Assembly: GCA_965242965.1 (NCBI GenBank)
Contig: OZ251518.1
Coordinates: forward strand, 448,001 to 512,000
Length of the DNA: 64,000 bases
Direction of reading: 5' to 3'
Source: Candidatus Poribacteria bacterium
Lineage (GTDB): Bacteria > Poribacteria > WGA-4E > WGA-3G
Below the pieces are notes generated by a model. It was given only the letters and a program-made list of their open reading frames with translations, ran no database searches and had not been told where the DNA came from. Position 1 is the first letter of the stretch. Each line of letters opens with the position of its first letter. The position numbers were made by a program, and so were the translations under genes. Positions 18,467 through 27,025 of this stretch are shown in pieces.

Positions 18467-18571
18467 TCATCAGGGCCTCCACGAAACACATCGGGTAAGA
18501 TTACGGTATTTCGCAATAGGTCCTGAGCATCAACCGATACGCTCAATATAGGCAAAAGGAGGTGAAAGCGA
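18467..18571 (+). promoter_or_regulatory. Structured rpsO 5' leader (candidate S15 autoregulatory element)
   Basis: Stem tcagggcct/aggtcctga with inner cgaaa/tttcg. Loop ATCGG is complementary to downstream CCGAT; an alternative tgagc/gctca hairpin is possible. Confidence 0.45.
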
Positions 18572-18862
18572 TTGGCAATCGATGCAGAACGGAAGCAGGA
18601 GATTATCCAACAGCACCAGATGCATGAACGGGACACCGGCTCCCCGGAGGCGCAGGTGGCGGTTTTAACTGCGCGCATCAAACATTTGACTGAACATTTT
18701 CAGACGCACAAGAAGGACTATCATTCCCGCTACGGACTTTTCCGCTTAGTTGGTAAGCAGCGGCGGCTGCTGCGGTATCTTTATAGGAAAGATATTACGC
18801 GCTATTACCGTCTCATCAACGAACTCGGCATTCGCGATACAATCGGATCCGAGCGGAGTTAG
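18572..18862 (+). CDS. rpsO: 30S ribosomal protein S15
   Basis: [44 protein letters not shown]; TTG start with AGGAGG SD. Confidence 0.97.
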   Translation: MAIDAERKQEIIQQHQMHERDTGSPEAQVAVLTARIKHLTEHFQTHKKDYHSRYGLFRLVGKQRRLLRYLYRKDITRYYRLINELGIRDTIGSERS

Positions 18863-19202
18863 AACGGTTTTATCGGCCCGGCACAGTGTTTCTGTGACAG
18901 TGTTTTTGTGTCGGACCGCGTCAAGGCAATTTCCCATCGCATGCGCGCTCAACTCGCGCGCATAACGGGAAATGCGCACACACCTCTCAACGTCCCAGAG
19001 ACGCAATAGCAGCGCATTGGACGAAAAACGTAGTACGGACGCAAGCGGTGGCTTCGGTAGGCGCGCTTCATAGACGCGCACCGACAGCAGCGCGCGGACA
19101 ACCCGCGACGCTCGGTGGGAAAAGAGTGGATAACGTAAGTCCCGAAACGGAGAGACATGACTGAATAATTTGTTAGAACAGAACAGGAGTTAAGAGCACG
19201 AC

Positions 19203-21488
19203 ATGAAAGTAGAAATGCAACTTGGGAGCGAGAAGCTATCGATTGAAACCGGAAAAGTTGCGAAACAAGCAGACGGTGCCGTTTGGGTGCAATACGGTGG
19301 GACAGTCGTCCTCGTCACAGTCGTCGCTGATGATAGAGAACATGACTTGGATTTCTTCCCCCTCACCGTGGATTACCGCGAGAGAGCCTATGCGGGCGGC
19401 AAAATCCCGACGGTCTATGGCCGCCGCGAGCCCCGTCCCGGCGCATCAGAACAACTCATCGCACGCTTGATCGATCACTGCATCCGGCCGCTATTCCCGA
19501 AGGATTTTAAAGCGGAGGTGCAGGTACTGTGCAACGTATTCTCATCGGACGGTGTCCATCCCGCGGATGTGCCAGCCCTCATCGGCACCTCCGCCGCCTT
19601 GGCCATCTCCGACATCCCGTTTAACGGCCCCGTCGCCGCTGTCACCGTCGGAAGGGTTGACGACAAATTGATAATCAACCCGACTTACGAAGAACTGCAC
19701 GAATCCGACATGGAACTCTTCGTGAGCGGCACCACGGACGCGGTAATGTCTGTCGAAGGCGGCGGACACGAAATCCCCGAAGACGAGGTGATTGACACGA
19801 TTATCACGGCGCATGAGCAGATCCAGGAGGTTATCAAACTCCAAGAGGGATTGGCAGCGGTAATCAGCAGCGAGAAGCGCGCCTACAAGGCCAAAAGCGT
19901 GGAGGCAGACCTCAGCGAACGCGTCCGAAACCTTGCAACGTCACGCATCCGTGAATCCATCGGCATGGAGAATAAGAAGGACCGGGAGGCATATCTTGAA
20001 CAGGTGCAGGAAGAGGTGCTATCCGAAATCCTTGAAGGAGCACCGGAGGAGATAGATACCGCGGCAACTAACAAGGATGCCATTGCTATCCTCAGCGACA
20101 TTGAGAAAGAGGAGATGCGCAGCGCAATCCTCACGCAAGGGACGCGCGTCGATGGGCGCGGTGTGACAGATATCCGGGGCATCTCCGGCGAAGTCGCCTT
20201 GCTGCCGCATACACACGGTTCGGCACTTTTCACCCGCGGGCAGACGCAGGCACTCTGTGTCACGACACTCGGTACCTCCGGCGATGAAGATGTGCAGCGC
20301 GGGCTTGATGGTGAATTGCGGCGCGGCTTTTTCCTCCACTACAACTTCCCTCCGTTCAGCACGGGCGAAGTGAAGCGGATGATGGGCCCTGGCCGCCGCG
20401 AGATAGGGCACGGTGCGCTAGCCGAGAAGGCATTGGAGCCAGTCATCCCTGATAAAGAGGACTTCTCTTACACCATCCGCGTCGTTTCGGAGATTTTGGA
20501 ATCGAACGCGTCGTCCTCAATGGCGACGGTTTGCGGTGCGACGCTGGCACTCATGGATGCCGGTGTGCCGATTACGCGCCCGGTCGCGGGCATCGGGGTT
20601 GGGCTCATCAAAGAGGGTGAGCAGGAAGTTATCCTCACCGATATGCTCGGCACGGAAGATTTTCTCGGCGACATGGATTTCAAAGTCGCTGGGACAAGCG
20701 ACGGTGTCACAGCGGTTCAGATGGATATCAAGATTGCGGGTGTCACACCGGAATTGATGCGCCGTGCGATTCATCAGGCGCGAGAGGCGCGCCTTGCGGT
20801 GATAGAGCAGATGAACGCCGTTATCGCTGAGCCGCGCGAGGAATTATCGCCATACGCACCGCGTATCTACACTCTCCAGATTCCGCAGCAGAAGATTAAG
20901 GACCTCATCGGGCCCCGCGGCAAGACGGTGCAAGGCATTCAGGAGGAGACGAACACTACCATCAACATTGAGGACGATGGTTCGGTGGAAATCGCGGCGA
21001 TGAGCGCGGAAGATGTCAAACTTGCTGAAGAGAAGGTGCGCGCTGTCACGGCACTACCAGAAATCGGCAAGGAATACACCGGCAAAGTGGTGCGCACTGC
21101 GCCGTTTGGTGCGTTCGTTGAAATCCTACCGGGCAAAGATGGCCTCGTCCACATTTCGCAGATGGGCGATGGGTATGTCCGGCGCGCTGAGGATGTGATG
21201 GAGGTAGGCGACGAAGTCACTGTCCGCATTCTTACCATTGACGAACAGGACCGGGTAGATCTCACCCTCATCGCTGCCCGTGGCATTCCGGTTGAAGAAC
21301 TCACCGTGGCATCAAACTCGGAGCGCGAAGGCGAGACAGATGGTCCGCGGGACAACCGTCCGAATTACCGCGACAATCGGCGGAATGACCGGCGCGGTGG
21401 TAACCGTTACGGACAGCGGGGTAATAATGGGCGAGATTCTCGCGAGCGGCGTAACGCGCCTCGTCTGCCGCGGGAACGGATTCGATAG
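19203..21488 (+). CDS. pnp: Polyribonucleotide nucleotidyltransferase (PNPase)
   Basis: ETGKVAKQADG, FFPLTVDY, FTRGQTQ, RREIGHG, GDMDFKVAGT, KH and S1 domains; R/N/G-rich tail. Confidence 0.98.
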   Translation: MKVEMQLGSEKLSIETGKVAKQADGAVWVQYGGTVVLVTVVADDREHDLDFFPLTVDYRERAYAGGKIPTVYGRREPRPGASEQLIARLIDHCIRPLFPKDFKAEVQVLCNVFSSDGVHPADVPALIGTSAALAISDIPFNGPVAAVTVGRVDDKLIINPTYEELHESDMELFVSGTTDAVMSVEGGGHEIPEDEVIDTIITAHEQIQEVIKLQEGLAAVISSEKRAYKAKSVEADLSERVRNLATSRIRESIGMENKKDREAYLEQVQEEVLSEILEGAPEEIDTAATNKDAIAILSDIEKEEMRSAILTQGTRVDGRGVTDIRGISGEVALLPHTHGSALFTRGQTQALCVTTLGTSGDEDVQRGLDGELRRGFFLHYNFPPFSTGEVKRMMGPGRREIGHGALAEKALEPVIPDKEDFSYTIRVVSEILESNASSSMATVCGATLALMDAGVPITRPVAGIGVGLIKEGEQEVILTDMLGTEDFLGDMDFKVAGTSDGVTAVQMDIKIAGVTPELMRRAIHQAREARLAVIEQMNAVIAEPREELSPYAPRIYTLQIPQQKIKDLIGPRGKTVQGIQEETNTTINIEDDGSVEIAAMSAEDVKLAEEKVRAVTALPEIGKEYTGKVVRTAPFGAFVEILPGKDGLVHISQMGDGYVRRAEDVMEVGDEVTVRILTIDEQDRVDLTLIAARGIPVEELTVASNSEREGETDGPRDNRPNYRDNRRNDRRGGNRYGQRGNNGRDSRERRNAPRLPRERIR

Positions 21489-21507
21489 ACAGATGTTTTG
21501 ACAGGAG

Positions 21508-21542
21508 AGGCGGGGGTCACTTCAGGTTATCCTCGCCTTTTT
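21508..21542 (+). terminator. Probable intrinsic terminator after pnp
   Basis: aggcggggg...cctcgcct stem followed by a T-run. Confidence 0.55.
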
Positions 21543-21550
21543 GCTTAATT

Positions 21551-21765
21551 GAGGGTGTTTCATATATCGCTCAACGTCGCGGGAACAGGCCCCGCGCTCT
21601 GCGTCTTGCCATCAAATCGCATCTCCCCTGTAGTTCAGGATCGCCTGATCCTGACCTGTTCGGGATCAGGCGATCCCGAACTACAGAAGTGGGCCCGATG
21701 CCTTTCGGTATTCGCCCGCTCCCCAAGGCGGAATAAATACCGAAACGGAGTTATGAAACACCCTC
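21551..21765. mobile_element. MITE-like element (215 bp) with REP cargo, copy 2
   Basis: 14-bp TIR gagggtgtttcata/tatgaaacaccctc; perfect 8-bp flanking duplication gcttaatt (21543-21550 and 21766-21773); interior homologous to copy 1. Confidence 0.85.
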
Positions 21766-21851
21766 GCTTAATTTCGTGGGACGGGTCCGATGCGCGCTTA
21801 GCACGTAACGCGGGGACCTGTCTCCTGCAAAAAAAATAGGCGGATGTCACC

Positions 21852-22130
21852 ATGAGACATCAAAAACTTTCATCTGCAAGCAAGCGGCGAATTCAGAAAG
21901 CACGAGGCGATCTACTAGACCAGAAGTGGATGACCTATTTTTTGGCCGCCGTGCTGATTTTATTGATTGCCGTGTTTGTCGTTTTATCGTCCCCTGAGTA
22001 TAAAGCGTGGGTAGTGGATACGGCGCGTTCGCTGTTTTATGGAACACGAAAACGGGAGGTGCCGAAGCCGCGCGCCGCGCCTGCACGCCTTGAGACTCCT
22101 GCGTTCCGATGGCAGGAATACAGGTTTTAA
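21852..22130 (+). CDS. Small single-pass membrane protein, hypothetical
   Basis: 92 aa; basic N-terminus, one hydrophobic helix; same strand and spacing as the downstream lipoprotein genes. Confidence 0.6.
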   Translation: MRHQKLSSASKRRIQKARGDLLDQKWMTYFLAAVLILLIAVFVVLSSPEYKAWVVDTARSLFYGTRKREVPKPRAAPARLETPAFRWQEYRF

Positions 22131-22145
22131 GAACTAACAGAGGAA

Positions 22146-22658
22146 ATGACAATGGTAGCGAGATTGATTGCGATAGTGGCAGTCGTCCTCGTCGCGGGCT
22201 GCGGGTATGTCTCCAAGTCAGAGTATCTGGAGCATATCAAGACAATTCGGGTTTCACCTGTCGAGATCCAAGATGCCGATTTCGCTTACGATGAGGCTTC
22301 GCAGCGGCCCTACGATGAGGTTATTCAAGAGAAGTTAATCCAACGCTTCAATCGGAAGTGGCAGGATGGGAATGATTCGCAATTCACGCTGCGGGTTCTG
22401 GATTACAATATCAAGGAGCACGGATTCGGTCCGACTGGCCAAGTTGAATTGCTGCGGATAAGTCTCCAAATTGAATACGAATTTCTGGATCGGGTGCGCA
22501 ACAACATCATCGCCGAGAGCAACAACCACGTGCAGATTCACGATTTCTACATTGTGCCTAATCGAGGCGAACCGCCCGAAACTTTGCCGCAGGCGAAAGG
22601 ATTGTTGATTGATGAACTGATTGAAGATCTTTACAATCAGTTTGCGGAACAGTGGTAA
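22146..22658 (+). CDS. LptE-like lipoprotein
   Basis: Lipobox VAGC-GY; 170 aa; ends in the helix 'LIDELIEDLYNQFAEQW' typical of LptE-like proteins. Confidence 0.65.
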   Translation: MTMVARLIAIVAVVLVAGCGYVSKSEYLEHIKTIRVSPVEIQDADFAYDEASQRPYDEVIQEKLIQRFNRKWQDGNDSQFTLRVLDYNIKEHGFGPTGQVELLRISLQIEYEFLDRVRNNIIAESNNHVQIHDFYIVPNRGEPPETLPQAKGLLIDELIEDLYNQFAEQW

Positions 22659-22741
22659 GGCAAAGTGCGCATCGAGACCAGGAGGTCTCTCCTACCGGGG
22701 ATAAGGTTTCGCATCAACAAATTCCTAATAGGTGGAAGGCT

Positions 22742-23770
22742 ATGATGAAATTTCAACAATGGACAGCGATGGCACTCTTCTCTATCTCACTGCTTCTCGT
22801 CGTCTCTTGTGAGAAGGAGCCGGGAAATTGGACAGCAGTCCACCGAGAGGGAGCGTCTATTTACGGCGTGTGGCGAAGTCCGACAAAAGCCGCGGCCACT
22901 TTGGCAGTTGCGGAGGTGAACCGTAATCTCCTTGACAAGGGTGCGCAGGGGTCGGATTTGCCTATCTTTACGACGTTGGCCCCGATAGAACTCTTACCTG
23001 TTCAAGTCGTCGCCGGGCGCAACGTTTCTCAGGCGGAATGGGTGCAGGCGCGTGTGCCATCGACTTATCAAGGCAAAACCCTCTATCGCGATAGGCCCGC
23101 GGCACCGGACCTTTACCACGCTTACGGTTTTCAGCAGCAGGCGGAGGTGGAATACCAGAGTCGGAAATTCGGTTCAGAGCCGCTCATCTTGCTTGAAATT
23201 TTTGATATGGGCACCGCGGAGAATGCGTTCGGAATTTACAGTTTCAACACATATCCTCGGGCCGAGATGGTCTGGGTGGGAAGCAAGGCACTGCTTTCCG
23301 GTGGCTATCTCCGTTTTGCTAAAGGGAAGTATTTCGTTGAGATAGAGGGTTATGAATTCGCTACCGGCATTCGCGAAGGCATCGTCGCGCTGGCGAAGGC
23401 GATTTCTGCGCAGATTCAAGAGCCGCCGACAAAGGTCCCCCTGTTTGCGATGCTGCCGCATGCCAACCGAATCGGCGGAAGTGACAAATTATTCCGCTCA
23501 CATTGGACGCTGAGCCAAATCTACAGCGGGTTACCGCTAAGCCTCCCGCAGTTGACAGGATTTCCCCTCTGTGTCTCCGCAAGTTATCGCGATAACGATG
23601 CAGATGATTGGGTGAATGCGCGGGTTGTGTTTATCCTCCGGTTCCCTGATGCCGCCACTGCCGAGGCGGCTTGGACGCGCTATCGTGAAGAGGTGACGAA
23701 AGCATCCCCTGCCTTTGAAATGGGGGCAAATGGGGAGATTTTGGTTGATGAACAACTACCTTCGGAGTAA
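22742..23770 (+). CDS. Lipoprotein, DUF6599-like
   Basis: Lipobox VVSC; 'YGFQQ..EVEY', 'LEIFDMGTAENAFGIYS', 'FAKGKYFVEI'. The ORF-track extension to 22652 is REP-B derived (HRDQEVSPTG). Confidence 0.6.
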   Translation: MMKFQQWTAMALFSISLLLVVSCEKEPGNWTAVHREGASIYGVWRSPTKAAATLAVAEVNRNLLDKGAQGSDLPIFTTLAPIELLPVQVVAGRNVSQAEWVQARVPSTYQGKTLYRDRPAAPDLYHAYGFQQQAEVEYQSRKFGSEPLILLEIFDMGTAENAFGIYSFNTYPRAEMVWVGSKALLSGGYLRFAKGKYFVEIEGYEFATGIREGIVALAKAISAQIQEPPTKVPLFAMLPHANRIGGSDKLFRSHWTLSQIYSGLPLSLPQLTGFPLCVSASYRDNDADDWVNARVVFILRFPDAATAEAAWTRYREEVTKASPAFEMGANGEILVDEQLPSE

Positions 23771-23798
23771 AAACTGATGCACTACCTTTCTGAAATGA

Positions 23799-23806
23799 CC
23801 CCCCCC
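23799..23806 (+). repeat. Poly-C (C8) simple sequence repeat in the 5' end of methyltransferase copy 1
   Basis: GGAG-preceded ATG at 23777 reads MHYLSEMTPP-TGA. C7 or C10 would read MHYLSEMTPP(P)DLARMLIRGDNL in frame with the main ORF. Confidence 0.85.
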
Positions 23807-23819
23807 TGATCTGGCCCGG

Positions 23820-25208
23820 ATGCTTATTCGTGGGGATAACTTAATTGAGATGCGGAAGATACCGGATAACGTCGTCGCTCTCATCGCGACGGATCCGCCG
23901 TTCAATTCTAAACGCGACTATTTCGTGCCGTATCGCGATGAACACGGAAAAGAGCCTGACACCCTCGTCAAAGCGTTCACCGATACATGGAAATGGGGCG
24001 ACGCGGCCGAGGCAACGTGCGATGAACTTATTCGCGACATCGGCGGCGCGATAGGCGAGACGATTGAGGGGTTACGACTCTTTTTGAAGCAAACGCCGAT
24101 GATGGCGTATTTGGTGATGATGGGAGTTCGGCTAGTGGAGATGCACCGGATTCTGAAACCGACGGGTTCAATTTATCTCCACTGCGATGCGACTGCGTCG
24201 CACTATCTGAAAATTTTGATGGATGCCGTTTTCGGCGCGAAAAATTTCATGAACGAACTCGTTTGGTGTTATTCCTGGCCCCGGAATTCCAAGCGATATT
24301 ACGCGCGAACGCACGATAGTATTCTTTTTTACACCCTCGGCGACAAATGGACATTCAACGCCGATGCAATACGTCAACCTTACGCGGCGGCATCGGAAGG
24401 CAGAGATGCCTATGCTGCCAATGCATCGCAGTTTGGGGATGCTGTTGTGCTGGATAAGCGCGGGAAACTCCCGCAAGACTGGATAATTCTGCCGCCTGTC
24501 CGTCCGAATGCGAATGAACGTGCAGGTTATCCGACGCAGAAGCCGATAGCCCTCTACAAACGCATCATCCAAGCCTCTAGCAACGAAGGCGATTTGGTGC
24601 TAGATCCGTTCTGTGGTTGCGGCACGACACTCCTTGCGGCGGAGGCACTCAATCGGCGATGGCTCGGCATTGATTTGACATACCTCGCCACGGGAGCCGT
24701 CACACTGCAGATGGAGAAATTCTTCCCGCAGGTGAAGGACAGCATCGTTATCACCGGCACGCCAGAAAACGTAGACACTGCGCTGCAACTTGCCCGCGAA
24801 GACCCGGGTGGGTTTGAGGAGTGGTGTGTGACGCATGTGCTAAAGTTTACCTCAAACGCCAAAAAGGTAGGCGATGGCGGCATTGATGGCACATATCGGT
24901 TTCCTATCGGCAAGGTAAAGGGACGCACGGCTTATGGAAAGATGGTTGCACAGGTGAAAGGTGGGAAGTATAGCCTCGGGCATATCCGTGATTTTCGGAC
25001 AGCGATGACGAATGCACAAGCGGATTTGGGCATCTTTGTCGTGACGCGGCCCCCGAGCGCCGGAATGCGCGCGGAGGCGAGTCGTGCAGGGATGTGGAAA
25101 CATCCGCTGTGGGATATGACATGTCCACGCGTGCAACTTTATGAGATTCAAGATTATTTTGATGGCACCCTGCCGAAGATACCTGTGGGAGAACGGCGGG
25201 TGCTGTGA
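23820..25208 (+). CDS. Beta-class N6A/N4C DNA methyltransferase fused to an Mrr-like PD-(D/E)XK domain, copy 1
   Basis: GDNL, DPPF (motif IV), GSIYLHCD, YPTQKP, DPFCGCGTT (motif I); C-terminal FEEW...DGGIDG...QVKGG...IRDF...GIFV. The true start is probably 23777, across the poly-C. Confidence 0.9.
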   Translation: MLIRGDNLIEMRKIPDNVVALIATDPPFNSKRDYFVPYRDEHGKEPDTLVKAFTDTWKWGDAAEATCDELIRDIGGAIGETIEGLRLFLKQTPMMAYLVMMGVRLVEMHRILKPTGSIYLHCDATASHYLKILMDAVFGAKNFMNELVWCYSWPRNSKRYYARTHDSILFYTLGDKWTFNADAIRQPYAAASEGRDAYAANASQFGDAVVLDKRGKLPQDWIILPPVRPNANERAGYPTQKPIALYKRIIQASSNEGDLVLDPFCGCGTTLLAAEALNRRWLGIDLTYLATGAVTLQMEKFFPQVKDSIVITGTPENVDTALQLAREDPGGFEEWCVTHVLKFTSNAKKVGDGGIDGTYRFPIGKVKGRTAYGKMVAQVKGGKYSLGHIRDFRTAMTNAQADLGIFVVTRPPSAGMRAEASRAGMWKHPLWDMTCPRVQLYEIQDYFDGTLPKIPVGERRVL

Positions 25209-25282
25209 TACCGCTTCTTTCTCGTAGGACGACGGCCGTTACGCCGATGCCTTTGAAATGGCAGCAAATGGGGAAATTTTTG

Positions 25283-25311
25283 TTGACAAACACCTGACTT
25301 TAAAGTAGAAT
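25283..25311 (+). promoter_or_regulatory. sigma70-type promoter for methyltransferase copy 2
   Basis: TTGACA-17-TAGAAT; the -35 lies within a duplicated remnant of the DUF6599-like gene's 3' end. Confidence 0.65.
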
Positions 25312-25396
25312 TACGCTGGCAGTTCTGCGAGTCTATCCATGCTAAAATTACCGAAACAATCGGAGTGAAAGTTGATGCACTACGTCTTTGAAATGA

Positions 25397-25405
25397 CCCC
25401 CCCCC
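25397..25405 (+). repeat. Poly-C (C9) simple sequence repeat in the 5' end of methyltransferase copy 2
   Basis: GGAG-preceded ATG at 25375 reads MHYVFEMTPPLIWPGCLFVGIT-TAA, out of frame. C10 or C7 restores the frame. Confidence 0.85.
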
Positions 25406-25418
25406 TGATCTGGCCCGG

Positions 25419-26861
25419 ATGCTTATTCGTGGGGATAACTTAATTGAGATGCGGAAGATACCGGATAACGTCGTCGCTCTCATCGCGACGGATCCGCCGT
25501 TCAATTCCAAACGCGACTATTTCGTGCCGTATCGCGATGAACACGGAAAAGAGCCTGACACCCTCGTCAAGGCGTTCACCGATACATGGAAATGGGGCGA
25601 CGCGGCCGAGGCGGCATGCGATGAACTCATCCTTGAAGTTGGTGGACAGATAGGTGAGACGATTGAGGGGTTACGACTCTTTTTGAAGCAGACTCCGATG
25701 ATGGCGTATTTGGTGATGATGGGGGTGCGGCTGGTGGAGATGCACCGGATTCTGAAGCCGACAGGTTCGCTGTATCTCCACTGTGATTCGGCCGCCAGTC
25801 ACTACCTAAAACTCCTCTTGGATGCTGTGTTTGGACATGCGAACTACCGTAACGAAATCATCTGGCGGAAGTATGCGGGACGCAAGAACAACGCCAAGCA
25901 TAAATTCGCCACGCAAACTGACACAATCCTGTTTTATGCCAAAAGCAAAAATGCCGTTTTCAATCCGCTGTTTGAGCCAATTTCAGACAAGGAGATTGAG
26001 AAAAAATATCGTTACACCGACGATGATGGAAGGCGGTACCGTTTGAGTTGGGGCCGGCATTATCAGATGACAGGTGAACAGCGGCGTATCTATCTGGACA
26101 AACAACCCGGTGCTGCTATCGGCTCTTTGTGGGCGGAAGATGGATTGCAGCTGAATACCTCTACAAGAGAACGCGCGGGGTATCCGACGCAGAAGCCGAT
26201 AGCCCTCTACAAGCGCATCATCCAAGCCTCCAGCAACGAAGGCGATCTGGTGTTAGATCCGTTCTGTGGTTGCGGCACGACACTTCTCGCTGCGGAGGCA
26301 CTCAATCGGCGATGGCTTGGCATCGATTTGACGTATCTTGCCACGGGAGCCGTCACACTGCAGATGGAGAAATTCTTTCCGCAGGTGAAAGACAGTATTG
26401 TTATCACCGGCACGCCGGAAAACGTAGAAACCGCGCTGCACCTTGCACGCGAAGACCCGGGTGGATTTGAGGAGTGGTGTGTCACGCATGTGCTGAAGTT
26501 TACCTCAAACGCCAAAAAGGTGGGCGATGGCGGCATTGATGGCACCTATCGGTTTCCCATCGGCAAGGTGAAGGGACGCACGGCTTATGGAAAGATGGTT
26601 GCACAAGTGAAAGGTGGGAAATATAGCCTGGGGCATATCCGTGATTTCCGGACGGCGATGACGAATGCGCAGGCGGATTTAGGTATCTTTGTCGTGGCGC
26701 GGCCGCCGAGTGATGGAATGCGCGCCGAGGCGAGTCGTGCAGGGATGTGGAAACATCCACTGTGGGACATGACATGTCCACGCGTGCAGCTTTATGAGAT
26801 TCAGGATTATTTTGATGGCACCATGCCGAAGATACCTGTTGGGGAGCGGCGGGTGCTGTGA
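25419..26861 (+). CDS. Beta-class DNA methyltransferase fused to an Mrr-like domain, copy 2 (different target-recognition region)
   Basis: Near-identical to copy 1 outside the segment between 'DAVFG' and 'ERAGYPTQKP'. Confidence 0.9.
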   Translation: MLIRGDNLIEMRKIPDNVVALIATDPPFNSKRDYFVPYRDEHGKEPDTLVKAFTDTWKWGDAAEAACDELILEVGGQIGETIEGLRLFLKQTPMMAYLVMMGVRLVEMHRILKPTGSLYLHCDSAASHYLKLLLDAVFGHANYRNEIIWRKYAGRKNNAKHKFATQTDTILFYAKSKNAVFNPLFEPISDKEIEKKYRYTDDDGRRYRLSWGRHYQMTGEQRRIYLDKQPGAAIGSLWAEDGLQLNTSTRERAGYPTQKPIALYKRIIQASSNEGDLVLDPFCGCGTTLLAAEALNRRWLGIDLTYLATGAVTLQMEKFFPQVKDSIVITGTPENVETALHLAREDPGGFEEWCVTHVLKFTSNAKKVGDGGIDGTYRFPIGKVKGRTAYGKMVAQVKGGKYSLGHIRDFRTAMTNAQADLGIFVVARPPSDGMRAEASRAGMWKHPLWDMTCPRVQLYEIQDYFDGTMPKIPVGERRVL

Positions 26862-26882
26862 TATCGTCCCCAGGTCAAACGG

Positions 26883-27000
26883 CATCGCGGGGGACAGGCC
26901 CCCGCGCTACGGTGAAAATGAGATTGACATCGCGGGGGACAGGCCCCCGCGCTACGGTGAAAATGAGATTGACATCGCGGGGGACAGGCCCCCGCGCTAC
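26883..27000. repeat. Three direct 45-bp tandem units, each with a REP-A
   Basis: catcgcgggggacaggcccccgcgctac at 26883, 26928 and 26973, joined by ggtgaaaatgagattga. Confidence 0.92.
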
Positions 27001-27025
27001 AGGCCAAATGGATAGGAGGACTCTC

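Noticed and set aside
26883-27000. Three regularly spaced palindromic repeats as a mini-CRISPR
   Set aside because: The 17-nt linkers are identical, so this is a simple tandem amplification of a REP unit.
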